From: a virus
Virus record (IMG/VR): IMGVR_UViG_3300006201_000024
Direction: 5' to 3' (one strand)
Length of the DNA: 56,911 bases
The position numbers and the translations under genes are program-made. The notes under the pieces are model-generated. The model ran no database searches, was not told where the DNA came from, and saw only the letters and a list, made by a program, of their open reading frames with translations. Positions 7,665-15,683 of the stretch are shown here, in pieces (position 1 is the stretch's first letter; each line of letters opens with the position of its first letter).

Positions 7665-8213
7665 GTGAAACGACATGAATTACAGCATTTTGTAGACATA
7701 AGCATGAGCAAAACACTTGCGGATGCAGACTATCACCTGTTAGGCGATGGCATTGCTTCTTTGACAGAAGAATTCAATGCCGAAGAGGAAACCGAACAGT
7801 GGATTAATCAGGAAAACGGCACAACAGATATAAAATCTTATACTCCGTCAATCTCTGTCGAAATGCAGGATATAGACCAAGACGATACAGACCTTGTTGA
7901 TTGGTTTAACAACTTGATTGATACATTGCCAACGGGCAGCAAGGCGGTATCATCTTATGTGCGCGTTAGAGTTAAAGGTGCTGGCCCATCTTACCCGGCA
8001 GTGCAGCGCAAGTGCGCAATCTCTGTTGGCAGCACAGGAGGAGACGCAGGAGCAAACGTAACAAATTCAATTACAATTGGTGGGCGCGGTGATGGCATAA
8101 AAGGAACATTTAATGTTGAAACGGGTAAGTTTACCGCAGGCGGTGCGGAGGCATCTTCTTTGGAAGTAAAGTCCGGAACAGCAAAGTCAAGCAGCAAGAG
8201 TAATTTGAGTTAG
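7665..8213 (+). CDS. Major tail (tube) protein
   Basis: 182 aa; lies immediately upstream of the chaperone pair and the tape measure gene; acidic N-terminal half and Gly-rich C-terminus are typical of siphovirus tube proteins. Confidence 0.65.
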   Translation: MKRHELQHFVDISMSKTLADADYHLLGDGIASLTEEFNAEEETEQWINQENGTTDIKSYTPSISVEMQDIDQDDTDLVDWFNNLIDTLPTGSKAVSSYVRVRVKGAGPSYPAVQRKCAISVGSTGGDAGANVTNSITIGGRGDGIKGTFNVETGKFTAGGAEASSLEVKSGTAKSSSKSNLS

Positions 8214-8284
8214 GTATTAAGGAAACTTAATATATCGGGGTGCGTACCTTCCCATCGTGCCCCGATTTGGAAAGGATGTTAAGT

Positions 8285-8737
8285 ATGGATAGTTTAAGAA
8301 TTGACAATGGCCTGAAAAAGATTGAGGTAAATGATGCTGGGGAATATATAGAGTTTTCTATTTTTGACAGTAGCTTTTTCAGAGCATTTTTCGATTTGTT
8401 GCGGTGGTTTGATGAACAGGAAAACCGAAAAGAAATTAAGGAGATGGACGAACAAGGCTATAAAGTCGTCTCTGAGGATGGAACAGAAATCAATTATGAT
8501 GCCGCCAACAATGCTCTTGACATTCGCGATAAGATCAGCAAAGAAGCCTGTGAAAAGATTGATAATATTTTCGGAGCTGAAGCATCCAGAAAAATTTTTG
8601 AAAATGTCATACCTGATATGTATATGATCGCTGATTTCTTCGAAAAGGTTTCGCCGCTTATCGAAAAATATCAAAAAGAACGCAGTCAGACCATCAACAA
8701 GAAGTATAGCAAAAGCAGAAAAGGCGCAAAAAGTTGA
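8285..8737 (+). CDS. Tail assembly chaperone (G-like)
   Basis: Position; acidic 150-aa protein; ends in GCAAAAAGTTGA with the next ORF in the -1 frame. Confidence 0.55.
   Translation: MDSLRIDNGLKKIEVNDAGEYIEFSIFDSSFFRAFFDLLRWFDEQENRKEIKEMDEQGYKVVSEDGTEINYDAANNALDIRDKISKEACEKIDNIFGAEASRKIFENVIPDMYMIADFFEKVSPLIEKYQKERSQTINKKYSKSRKGAKS
8726..8737 (+). promoter_or_regulatory. Candidate -1 translational frameshift site (G/GT-type)
   Basis: GCA AAA AGT TGA; the downstream ORF (8734..) is in the -1 frame; the A5 run is only a near-slippery site. Confidence 0.3.
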
Positions 8738-9321
8738 TGTTTAACGTCATGCTTGACAAGCTGCCGGAGAAATACAAGGGCTATCCCATCAACAGCGATT
8801 TCCGCATAGGAATACAGATGTTTCAGATCATGAACGACTCTGAACTATCTGAAATGGAGCAGATGTATAAGGCTTGCGAATTGCTGTTTGATGTGGATGA
8901 TGCGGATCAGTTTCCAGATATGAAAACCATGCAAGATGGAATCCAATGGTTTTTGTCTGGATGGTATACAGATAATCCGGTAAATGATGAAAAAAAGGAT
9001 CATAAAGACATGGACTATGATGTAGACCAATGGCGCATATTTTCTGCTTTCCTGACGCAGTTTGGAATCAACCTAAATACGGTTGATATGCATTTTTGGG
9101 TATTCATGGGGCTGTTATCTACGCTAGAAGAATGTGCTTTTACTCGGATTGTGGATATACGCACAAAGAAAATAGATCCTAAAATGAAACCATCTGACAA
9201 AGCAGAGCTTAGAAAGGTGAAAGAACGTTATGCACTGGAACGGGTGGAGGAAGAAATGACACTGCAGGAAAAAGCAGATTATGATGCATTTATGAAGTAT
9301 GCAAAGAAAGGAAAGAAATGA
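8734..9321 (+). CDS. Gp15-like tail assembly protein (T-like part)
   Basis: MFNVMLDKLPEKYKGYPINSDFRIGIQ resembles the Phage_Gp15 family; -1 frame relative to the upstream chaperone. Confidence 0.55.
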   Translation: MMFNVMLDKLPEKYKGYPINSDFRIGIQMFQIMNDSELSEMEQMYKACELLFDVDDADQFPDMKTMQDGIQWFLSGWYTDNPVNDEKKDHKDMDYDVDQWRIFSAFLTQFGINLNTVDMHFWVFMGLLSTLEECAFTRIVDIRTKKIDPKMKPSDKAELRKVKERYALERVEEEMTLQEKADYDAFMKYAKKGKK

Positions 9322-9455
9322 CAGACAAAGAAATCGGCAAGACCGCCCGGGAGATTGCGGAGCGTGGCAATACTGCGGAGGTCAAGCGAAATAAGGACGG
9401 GATTTTGATTCTGGAAGTTGGAAGGAAGATTGTGAAAGCAGAGAAAGGGCAGTAG
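9318..9455 (+). CDS. Hypothetical small protein (45 aa)
   Basis: ATGA start/stop overlap with the upstream gene; below the track cutoff. Confidence 0.4.
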   Translation: MTDKEIGKTAREIAERGNTAEVKRNKDGILILEVGRKIVKAEKGQ

Positions 9456-9473
9456 AAATACTGCTCTTTTAAT

Positions 9474-9508
9474 TTGGTAAAATATTTTCCTTTTCGCCAA
9501 TATATGAT
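9474..9508 (+). promoter_or_regulatory. Dispersed promoter-like motif, degenerate copy
   Basis: TTGGTAAAA (9474-9482), 20 nt, TATGAT (9503-9508). Confidence 0.35.
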
Positions 9509-9676
9509 ATAGTGTAGGTATTAGAGAGGTGGGAAATTATGTCATTCATAAGCAAAATACTGGATGCTTTCAAGATGGAAAGCACAAAATATGATTAAGT
9601 TTATGGCAATCTATTCCATTTTGCGCGGTTCTTTGGTATAATGTGGAAAACTGTAGGATTTTAGGAGGATTGGGAA

Positions 9677-10327
9677 ATGAAGAAGAAATTAGTTGCAATG
9701 TTGTTGTTGGCGGTGCTGTCTGTTAGTTCTGTGGCATGTGGCGATAAGAGCCAGAGCGAAAGCGGTAATTCAGAACCGTCAACAGAGATTGGCAGTACGA
9801 AGCCGGAAAGCGAATCGTCTGAAAGCAGTAGTATAGGGGAAACTCCAAGTGATGCCATGGAGAAATCAGACCAGATGCCAGAAGCGAATAATACTCATAC
9901 TGTTGAAGGAATTACTATTTCAACAAACACTTTTTCGGTTGAGCCATACGAGGATAATCAAGGTGAGTATACAAAGCGTATTGTGATGGAGTTTACGATT
10001 AAAAATGAATCTGATTCAGCTTTCGGCTATGTAACTACATGGGAAGGCAGACTTAGTGATGGATATAAGCTTGAAACATGGGCAGATTTAATGAGCATGG
10101 ACTTAAAGCAAGTCCCGGCCGGAGGAGAAAAAACCGATACGGCATATTTTTTAATTGATGATAGTATTGACCCTGATGAGATAACGGCAACATATAATTT
10201 TATGGACTATGGAGAAGAATACTGGGCGGATTTCGGAAAGATTATGACTGGGGAAATGGGGCAGGATGAATATATGAGTAAATACGGAGATTTTGAGGTT
10301 TTAGAGTTTGCCGTAACTAAGGAATGA
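9677..10327 (+). CDS. Secreted lipoprotein (moron; possible surface or exclusion function)
   Basis: Signal peptide MKKKLVAMLLLAVLSVSSVAC with a lipobox Cys; Ser/Glu-rich linker; beta-rich C-terminal domain. Confidence 0.8.
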   Translation: MKKKLVAMLLLAVLSVSSVACGDKSQSESGNSEPSTEIGSTKPESESSESSSIGETPSDAMEKSDQMPEANNTHTVEGITISTNTFSVEPYEDNQGEYTKRIVMEFTIKNESDSAFGYVTTWEGRLSDGYKLETWADLMSMDLKQVPAGGEKTDTAYFLIDDSIDPDEITATYNFMDYGEEYWADFGKIMTGEMGQDEYMSKYGDFEVLEFAVTKE

Positions 10328-10350
10328 ATGAAACTGAATATTGAGAGAAA

Positions 10351-10384
10351 AAGGCAGAGAATAAAAATTTTCTGCCTTTTTTAA
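10351..10384 (+). terminator. Rho-independent terminator
   Basis: AAGGCAGA/TCTGCCTT 8-bp stem followed by a T-run. Confidence 0.8.
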
Positions 10385-10393
10385 TTTTGGGTA

Positions 10394-10437
10394 TTGACTT
10401 ATGCGTACTCATATGTTAATATTTATGCGTACTCATA
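10394..10437 (+). promoter_or_regulatory. Promoter with duplicated quasi-palindromic operator
   Basis: TTGACT (10394-10399), 17 nt, TAATAT (10417-10422); TATGCGTACTCATA at 10400-10413 and 10424-10437. Confidence 0.65.
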
Positions 10438-10454
10438 AATAAGGAGGTGATACG

Positions 10455-10637
10455 GTGTCGCCTAGAACGGGCAGACCACCCTTGCAAAGCACTTCTAGGA
10501 ATGAACATTTGAGTATTAGGCTGACAAAACAGGAAAAAGAAGAAATAAATAATTGTTCTGAAAAACTTGGAATGTCAAGAACTGATACAATAATGAAAGG
10601 AATAGGGCTTGTAAGGAAAGAAATTGAAAAAGAGTAG
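10455..10637 (+). CDS. RHH/MobC-like small regulator
   Basis: GTG start after AGGAGGTG; GRPPL....LSIRLTKQEKEEI pattern. Confidence 0.55.
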   Translation: MSPRTGRPPLQSTSRNEHLSIRLTKQEKEEINNCSEKLGMSRTDTIMKGIGLVRKEIEKE

Positions 10638-10754
10638 CCGCTTAACTTTGGCGAGTGTCGGCTACTCAATACACCAATCCCATAAGAGATTGATAAAATC
10701 ATTATATCAGCCTCTTATGGGAAAATCAACATATTTTTCATAGGAGGTATTATT

Positions 10755-11261
10755 ATGTCTAAAATCGGACAGGTTCTTACATCTATTGAGGTAGCGCAAA
10801 TGGTAGGCAAGGAGCATAAAGGATTGCTTCGAGATATTCGTAGATATTGTGAGCAGTTAGGAGAGAGCAAGATTGCGCTTACCGATTTCTTTTCAGAATC
10901 CACATATACAACGGCACAGAATAAGGCAATGCCATGCTACCTTGTCACAAAGAAAGGCTGCGAGTTTATCGCCCACAAGCTGACAGGGCAGAAAGGGACG
11001 GAGTTTACAGCACGGTACATCAATCGTTTTCACGAGATGGAGCATGAACTGATGACTTCCAATCCCTCTGAAATCCCCTTAGGCGAACTTGCAAGCTACC
11101 TAAAAATCATGGACAGGATAGCGCACCGCCAGAACCTCTCCCCGCACAGGATTGCGGCGAACTTCAAAAAGGTGTCGGAGCAGTTCGGGGTGGAGCTGAC
11201 AGAGGATTTTGTAAAGGTGCCGGAGTATGAGCAGATGTCATTTGAATTGGCTAATAAATAG
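10755..11261 (+). CDS. Rha family phage regulatory protein
   Basis: LTSIEVAQMVGKEHKGLLRDIRRY....YLVTKKGCEFIAHKLTG matches the Phage_pRha pattern. Confidence 0.85.
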   Translation: MSKIGQVLTSIEVAQMVGKEHKGLLRDIRRYCEQLGESKIALTDFFSESTYTTAQNKAMPCYLVTKKGCEFIAHKLTGQKGTEFTARYINRFHEMEHELMTSNPSEIPLGELASYLKIMDRIAHRQNLSPHRIAANFKKVSEQFGVELTEDFVKVPEYEQMSFELANK

Positions 11262-11275
11262 GAGGATGATTAAAC

Positions 11276-11392
11276 ATGAACTATAAATACATGATCGTTA
11301 GGCTTCTTGGCAGAATTAACAATGAAAGATTTTTGAAAGCTATCTATATATCGGTACGAGATTATGTGAAGGAAAGCGAGGATGTGGGATGA
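11276..11392 (+). CDS. Hypothetical small protein (38 aa), paralog of 27325..27489
   Basis: SD GGAGGA; ERFLKAIYISVRDYVKE compared with QRFLKAIYISMSDYLKE. Confidence 0.45.
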   Translation: MNYKYMIVRLLGRINNERFLKAIYISVRDYVKESEDVG

Positions 11393-11535
11393 GAGAAGTA
11401 TACATAGAAAGAACTATTGAGATAATACATCAGCTTGATACCGAACGGCTGAAAAAGGTTTATACAGTAGCAAAGACGCTTTTGGATTTTTTCAAAGAGA
11501 AAGGTGGTGCGGCATGGATGATGTTAATGAGGTAA
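11389..11535 (+). CDS. Hypothetical small protein (48 aa)
   Basis: ATGA overlap with the upstream ORF; helical. Confidence 0.35.
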   Translation: MREVYIERTIEIIHQLDTERLKKVYTVAKTLLDFFKEKGGAAWMMLMR

Positions 11536-11681
11536 TCATAAGGGGCCGGGTAAACCGGGAGCCTATGAGTTTTGAACGGATGAAATTCCTTTGCTACTTT
11601 GTGGCCGGGATAATTGCGGAAGTTTTGGGTTTTGCTCTTGGATTTGTAATTGTTTTGTCGATGGCAGGAGTTTTTAAGTGA
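11514..11681 (+). CDS. Hypothetical small membrane protein (55 aa)
   Basis: TM segment FLCYFVAGIIAEVLGFALGFVIVLSMAG. Confidence 0.4.
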   Translation: MDDVNEVIIRGRVNREPMSFERMKFLCYFVAGIIAEVLGFALGFVIVLSMAGVFK

Positions 11682-11689
11682 ACATTAAT

Positions 11690-11722
11690 TTGGTACAACT
11701 ATTATCCTAAATATGGTATAAT
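11690..11722 (+). promoter_or_regulatory. Dispersed phage promoter-like motif, copy 3
   Basis: TTGGTACAA (11690-11698), 18 nt, TGGTATAAT (-10 at 11717-11722). Confidence 0.6.
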
Positions 11723-11776
11723 ATATATAACTAAATCAGTGCGCCCTATGAATTGGCATAGGGGAAGGACTAAAAG

Positions 11777-11817
11777 GTGTCATGGATGCGTGTAATGCGC
11801 GTCTGTGGCACTTTTTT
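11777..11817 (+). terminator. Intrinsic terminator/attenuator in the tape-measure leader
   Basis: 14-bp stem 11777-11790/11798-11811 (10 Watson-Crick pairs, 4 G-U), 7-nt loop, then T6; ends 18 nt before ATG11835. Confidence 0.65.
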
Positions 11818-11834
11818 ATTTTACGGGTGGTTTT

Positions 11835-14800
11835 ATGGCGCAGTATGACGGAAGTATAAGAATAAATACAGCAATAGACCAAAGAGGATTTGAACGTGGA
11901 TCTAGAGGTTTGATTCAGGGCATGACACGCCTTGGGAATAGCCTAAGAGGCATGGTCAGTTCGCTTGGCTTTGGGCTTGGAATCGCTGGGCTTGTTGCGC
12001 TTGGAAAGCAGGCGATTGATACCGCAAGCGACATTCAAGAGGTTCAAAATGTTGTTGATACGGCTTTCGGCAGCATGTCCTATAAGATGGAAGAGTTTGC
12101 AAGTACATCCGTAAAGCAGTTTGGAATATCGCAGCTGTCGGCAAAACAGCTCGGCTCTACATTTATGTCCATGGGTGCATCCATGCTTGACAGTGCAGAA
12201 AACGCAAGCAACATGGCTATAAACCTGACAGCCCGTGCCGCTGATATGTCGAGCTTTTACAATAAAAGCATAGAGGAGACTTCTACCGCCTTAAAGTCTA
12301 TCTACACAGGAGAAACGGAAAGCCTAAAAGAATATGGTGTCGTAATGACGCAAGTAAACCTAGAAGAGTTTGCCAGACAGCAGGGCATCAATAAGAGCAT
12401 ACAGGCTATGACGCAATCCGAGAAGGTAATGCTGAATTACCAATATGTTATGCAGCAGACAAGCCTTGCAGCCGGAGATTTCGCAAAAACCTCTGACAGT
12501 TGGGCAAACCAGACGAGGATTCTGTCAGAGCAGTTTAAGGAGCTTGCGTCAGTTATCGGCGGCGGACTAATTGCGGCTTTGACTCCTGTTGTCAAGTTCC
12601 TCAACACGATTTTGACGATGGCAATTGCAGTTGCAAAACAAATAGGTGCATTGCTTGGGAAATTGTTTGGAATTTCCATGCCTATAGCCAGTGCGGCAAA
12701 AGGGGCATCTGATATTGCAACAGGAATATCGAATGTAGCGGATAACGCAGATTCAGCCGCGGGAAGCGCAGGAAATTTAAAAAAAGGTCTGGATAGCGCA
12801 GGAAAGGCAGCAAAAAAAGCAGGGGATGCAGCGAAAAGATCACTCGCGCCGTTTGATAAACTGACCGTGTTATCGAAAGAAGCATCTGGCGCAGGAAGCG
12901 GCGGTAGCGGCGGAGGAGGTTCTGGCGGCGGTGGTGGTGGCGCAGGCGGCGGTGGTGGATTCCAAATGCCGCAAGTTGAGATGAAAGAAGAGACGCAAGA
13001 AGCCGGAGAATTTAGCGGTGCTCTTGAAGGAATTTTAGACAGGCTCAAAGAATTAAAAGATTTGTTCGTAGCCGGATTTTGGGATGGTCTTGGAGACTAC
13101 AAGCCTATACTTGACGATCTAAAGAGAGACCTAGAATCTATCTGGAATACCTTGAAGGAAATATTTACAGACCCAGAAGTGGTTGGAGCGTCTAATAGGT
13201 TTTTTGACTCTCTTGCATTTGCATCCGGTCAGGTCGTAGGCTCCATGGCAAGCATCGGACTTACAATAGCATCCAACCTTATAGGCGGAATGGAAAAATA
13301 TCTTACCCAAAACGCTGATAGGATAAAAAAATATATTATCGGCATGTTTGATGTTGGTTCGGATATAGTCTCCATAATCGGAAACACCGCAGCAGATTTG
13401 GCAGATATTTTTTCAGTTTTTGCCAGCGATACTGCGCAGCAGATCACCGGTAATATCATTGGCATATTTGCAGAAGTAGGCATGATGGTATCCGAAACCG
13501 CACTAAAACTAGGCCGAGACATCCTAAATATGATAACCAAGCCGATCATCGAAAACAAAAACAAGATAAAGACGGCGATAGAAGGAACATTAGAAGCGAT
13601 CGAACCATTTACAAGTGGACTGCTAACTGCCGTTCAGACGATTAGGGATGCGGTTGCGACAGTATACGATGAGCATTTAAAGCCGTTGTTTGATTCGATT
13701 GCAGAAGGGCTATCTATAGTTTTGGGAAAGCTATTGGATGGATACAACACATACATAGTTCCGGTATTGCAGGGACTTGGCGATCGGTTCAAGGAAATAA
13801 TGGAAGGGCCGTTCGGAGATACAGTTGATAAAATCGTTGAATTTGTTGGAAAATTAATAGACGCTTTCAGATTGTTGTGGGAAAACGTGTTGGTTCCTTT
13901 GTTTTCCTGGATTGTAAGTAATATTATGCCTGTCCTAGCCCCAATAGTTGAACTCATAGGCGAAATATTATTAAACAAACTCGAAACCATAATTAAAGTT
14001 ATTGGAGATATAGCAGATGCATTAAGCGGGGTTATAGATTTTGTTGTCGGAGTATTTACCGGAGACTGGGAAAAGGCTTGGAATGGAATAGAGCAGATAT
14101 TCTCTGGCGTATGGAATGCTATTAAAGACATAGTTACTGGGAAATGGGAAGAAATAAAAACCTATATAACAGGTGCACTCGAAATTATTTCATCTATCAT
14201 ATCCGCTGCTTGGGACGGAATAACAACCGCTGCATCTGTAGCGTGGGATTTTTTTACAAGCATCATATCTGGATTATGGAATGCCCTTCCTGATATTGCA
14301 AGCGAAGCGTTTGAAGCTATCGGAAATGCTATTTCTATCGTATGGGACGATATAACAAATTTCACGTCTGATGCTTGGGAATGGATAGCAAATACTGTGT
14401 CGGGCGTGTGGGATGGATTATCTACTACGGCAAGCGATGTTTTCAATGGAATAAAAGAATTTGTTTCAAAAGCATGGGAAAGCGCAAAGAAATTAAGTTC
14501 TGATTTATGGGGACAAATTTATAAAACCGTTGGTGATGTGTGGGGCAATTTAAAAAAGAGCGCGGGAGAAGTGTTTCCGGCTGTTTGGGGAAAGATCAAA
14601 ACTGCATGGAATGACGCATGGTCAAAAACAAAAAGCGTCTGGACGAACGTTTCTACCAAGGTTAATAATGTATGGAATGGATTCAAAACAAAGGTATCTT
14701 CCATATTCCCTGGCATCAAACAAACCATTATTGATGCGTGGAACGGCATTAAGACAAGTACCACAAACATCTGGAACGGAATAAAAAATGCAGTAAAATC

Positions 14801-15242
14801 CCCGATCAATGCAATTATTGGATTTCTCAATACTTTAATCAGCGGAATATCGTCTGCGATTAATGGCTTGACTAGCATGTTAAATAATCTAAGTATAGAC
14901 ATACCAGACTGGGTTCCGGGCGTTGGGGGAAATTCCCTTGGATTCAAAATACCAAAGGTAAACGCTGCAAAGATACCATACCTTGCATCCGGCGCAGTAA
15001 TCCGCGGCGGAGACCCATTCATGGCGGTGCTGGGCGATCAGCCAAGGGGACAGACTAACATAGAAACACCATTGCCTACGATGGTAAATGCTTTTAAACA
15101 GGCAATAGCAGAAAGTGGAATGTATGGCGGTGGTGAATACACATTTGTTGCACAGCTTGACGGGAAAACGATTTTTAAAGAGACTGTTAAGCAAGACAGG
15201 ATGTTCAGCGGTAGAACTGGACATAGCGCGTTCGCACATTAG
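11835..15242 (+). CDS. Tail tape measure protein
   Basis: 1135 aa; TM-like segments, a poly-Gly run, and a long C-terminal array of W-x(10) repeats (VWNAIKDIVTGKWEEIK...). Confidence 0.9.
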   Translation: MAQYDGSIRINTAIDQRGFERGSRGLIQGMTRLGNSLRGMVSSLGFGLGIAGLVALGKQAIDTASDIQEVQNVVDTAFGSMSYKMEEFASTSVKQFGISQLSAKQLGSTFMSMGASMLDSAENASNMAINLTARAADMSSFYNKSIEETSTALKSIYTGETESLKEYGVVMTQVNLEEFARQQGINKSIQAMTQSEKVMLNYQYVMQQTSLAAGDFAKTSDSWANQTRILSEQFKELASVIGGGLIAALTPVVKFLNTILTMAIAVAKQIGALLGKLFGISMPIASAAKGASDIATGISNVADNADSAAGSAGNLKKGLDSAGKAAKKAGDAAKRSLAPFDKLTVLSKEASGAGSGGSGGGGSGGGGGGAGGGGGFQMPQVEMKEETQEAGEFSGALEGILDRLKELKDLFVAGFWDGLGDYKPILDDLKRDLESIWNTLKEIFTDPEVVGASNRFFDSLAFASGQVVGSMASIGLTIASNLIGGMEKYLTQNADRIKKYIIGMFDVGSDIVSIIGNTAADLADIFSVFASDTAQQITGNIIGIFAEVGMMVSETALKLGRDILNMITKPIIENKNKIKTAIEGTLEAIEPFTSGLLTAVQTIRDAVATVYDEHLKPLFDSIAEGLSIVLGKLLDGYNTYIVPVLQGLGDRFKEIMEGPFGDTVDKIVEFVGKLIDAFRLLWENVLVPLFSWIVSNIMPVLAPIVELIGEILLNKLETIIKVIGDIADALSGVIDFVVGVFTGDWEKAWNGIEQIFSGVWNAIKDIVTGKWEEIKTYITGALEIISSIISAAWDGITTAASVAWDFFTSIISGLWNALPDIASEAFEAIGNAISIVWDDITNFTSDAWEWIANTVSGVWDGLSTTASDVFNGIKEFVSKAWESAKKLSSDLWGQIYKTVGDVWGNLKKSAGEVFPAVWGKIKTAWNDAWSKTKSVWTNVSTKVNNVWNGFKTKVSSIFPGIKQTIIDAWNGIKTSTTNIWNGIKNAVKSPINAIIGFLNTLISGISSAINGLTSMLNNLSIDIPDWVPGVGGNSLGFKIPKVNAAKIPYLASGAVIRGGDPFMAVLGDQPRGQTNIETPLPTMVNAFKQAIAESGMYGGGEYTFVAQLDGKTIFKETVKQDRMFSGRTGHSAFAH

Positions 15243-15255
15243 GAGGGGTGTTCTC

Positions 15256-15675
15256 ATGGCATTTAGCGGATGGCTAATAAAGTTTGGCGGAGTGACACTT
15301 CCTAACAGCTTCATCCTCGCAGATGGATGGGAAAGCACCCCGAACCAAAGGGTGGAGATTGACGCATATAGGGATGCAAATATTCTGCTGCACAGAGAAA
15401 CCAGTGAGAATTTCAAAACGTCCATAAAACTAACTATAAGAAGTCTTGACCTTGTAGAGATGACCGCTTTTAAAAATGTGATTGGCTTGGCAACGCTCAA
15501 CGTTAACGACAAGAAGCAACGAAAATTAGCAGTTAACTACTGGAATGACGAAACACTGAATTACGAATATGCAGAAATGTACATGCCGGATGTTACATAT
15601 ACGATACATACAGTCAACGAAGAAACAATGGAAATTGAATATAATTCATTTACGATTGAATTAATCGAATATTAG
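15256..15675 (+). CDS. Distal-tail-protein-position gene
   Basis: AGGAGG plus ATG15256 directly after the tape measure gene; assignment by synteny only; short (139 aa). Confidence 0.4.
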   Translation: MAFSGWLIKFGGVTLPNSFILADGWESTPNQRVEIDAYRDANILLHRETSENFKTSIKLTIRSLDLVEMTAFKNVIGLATLNVNDKKQRKLAVNYWNDETLNYEYAEMYMPDVTYTIHTVNEETMEIEYNSFTIELIEY

Positions 15676-15683
15676 GTGGGAAA

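Noticed and set aside
12437-13048. 203-aa minus-strand ORF with a striking poly-Pro run (PPPPPAPPPPPPEPPPP)
   Set aside because: It is the antisense reading of the GGC/GGT poly-Gly stretch of the tape measure gene. It has no SD and lies entirely inside a well-supported + strand CDS.
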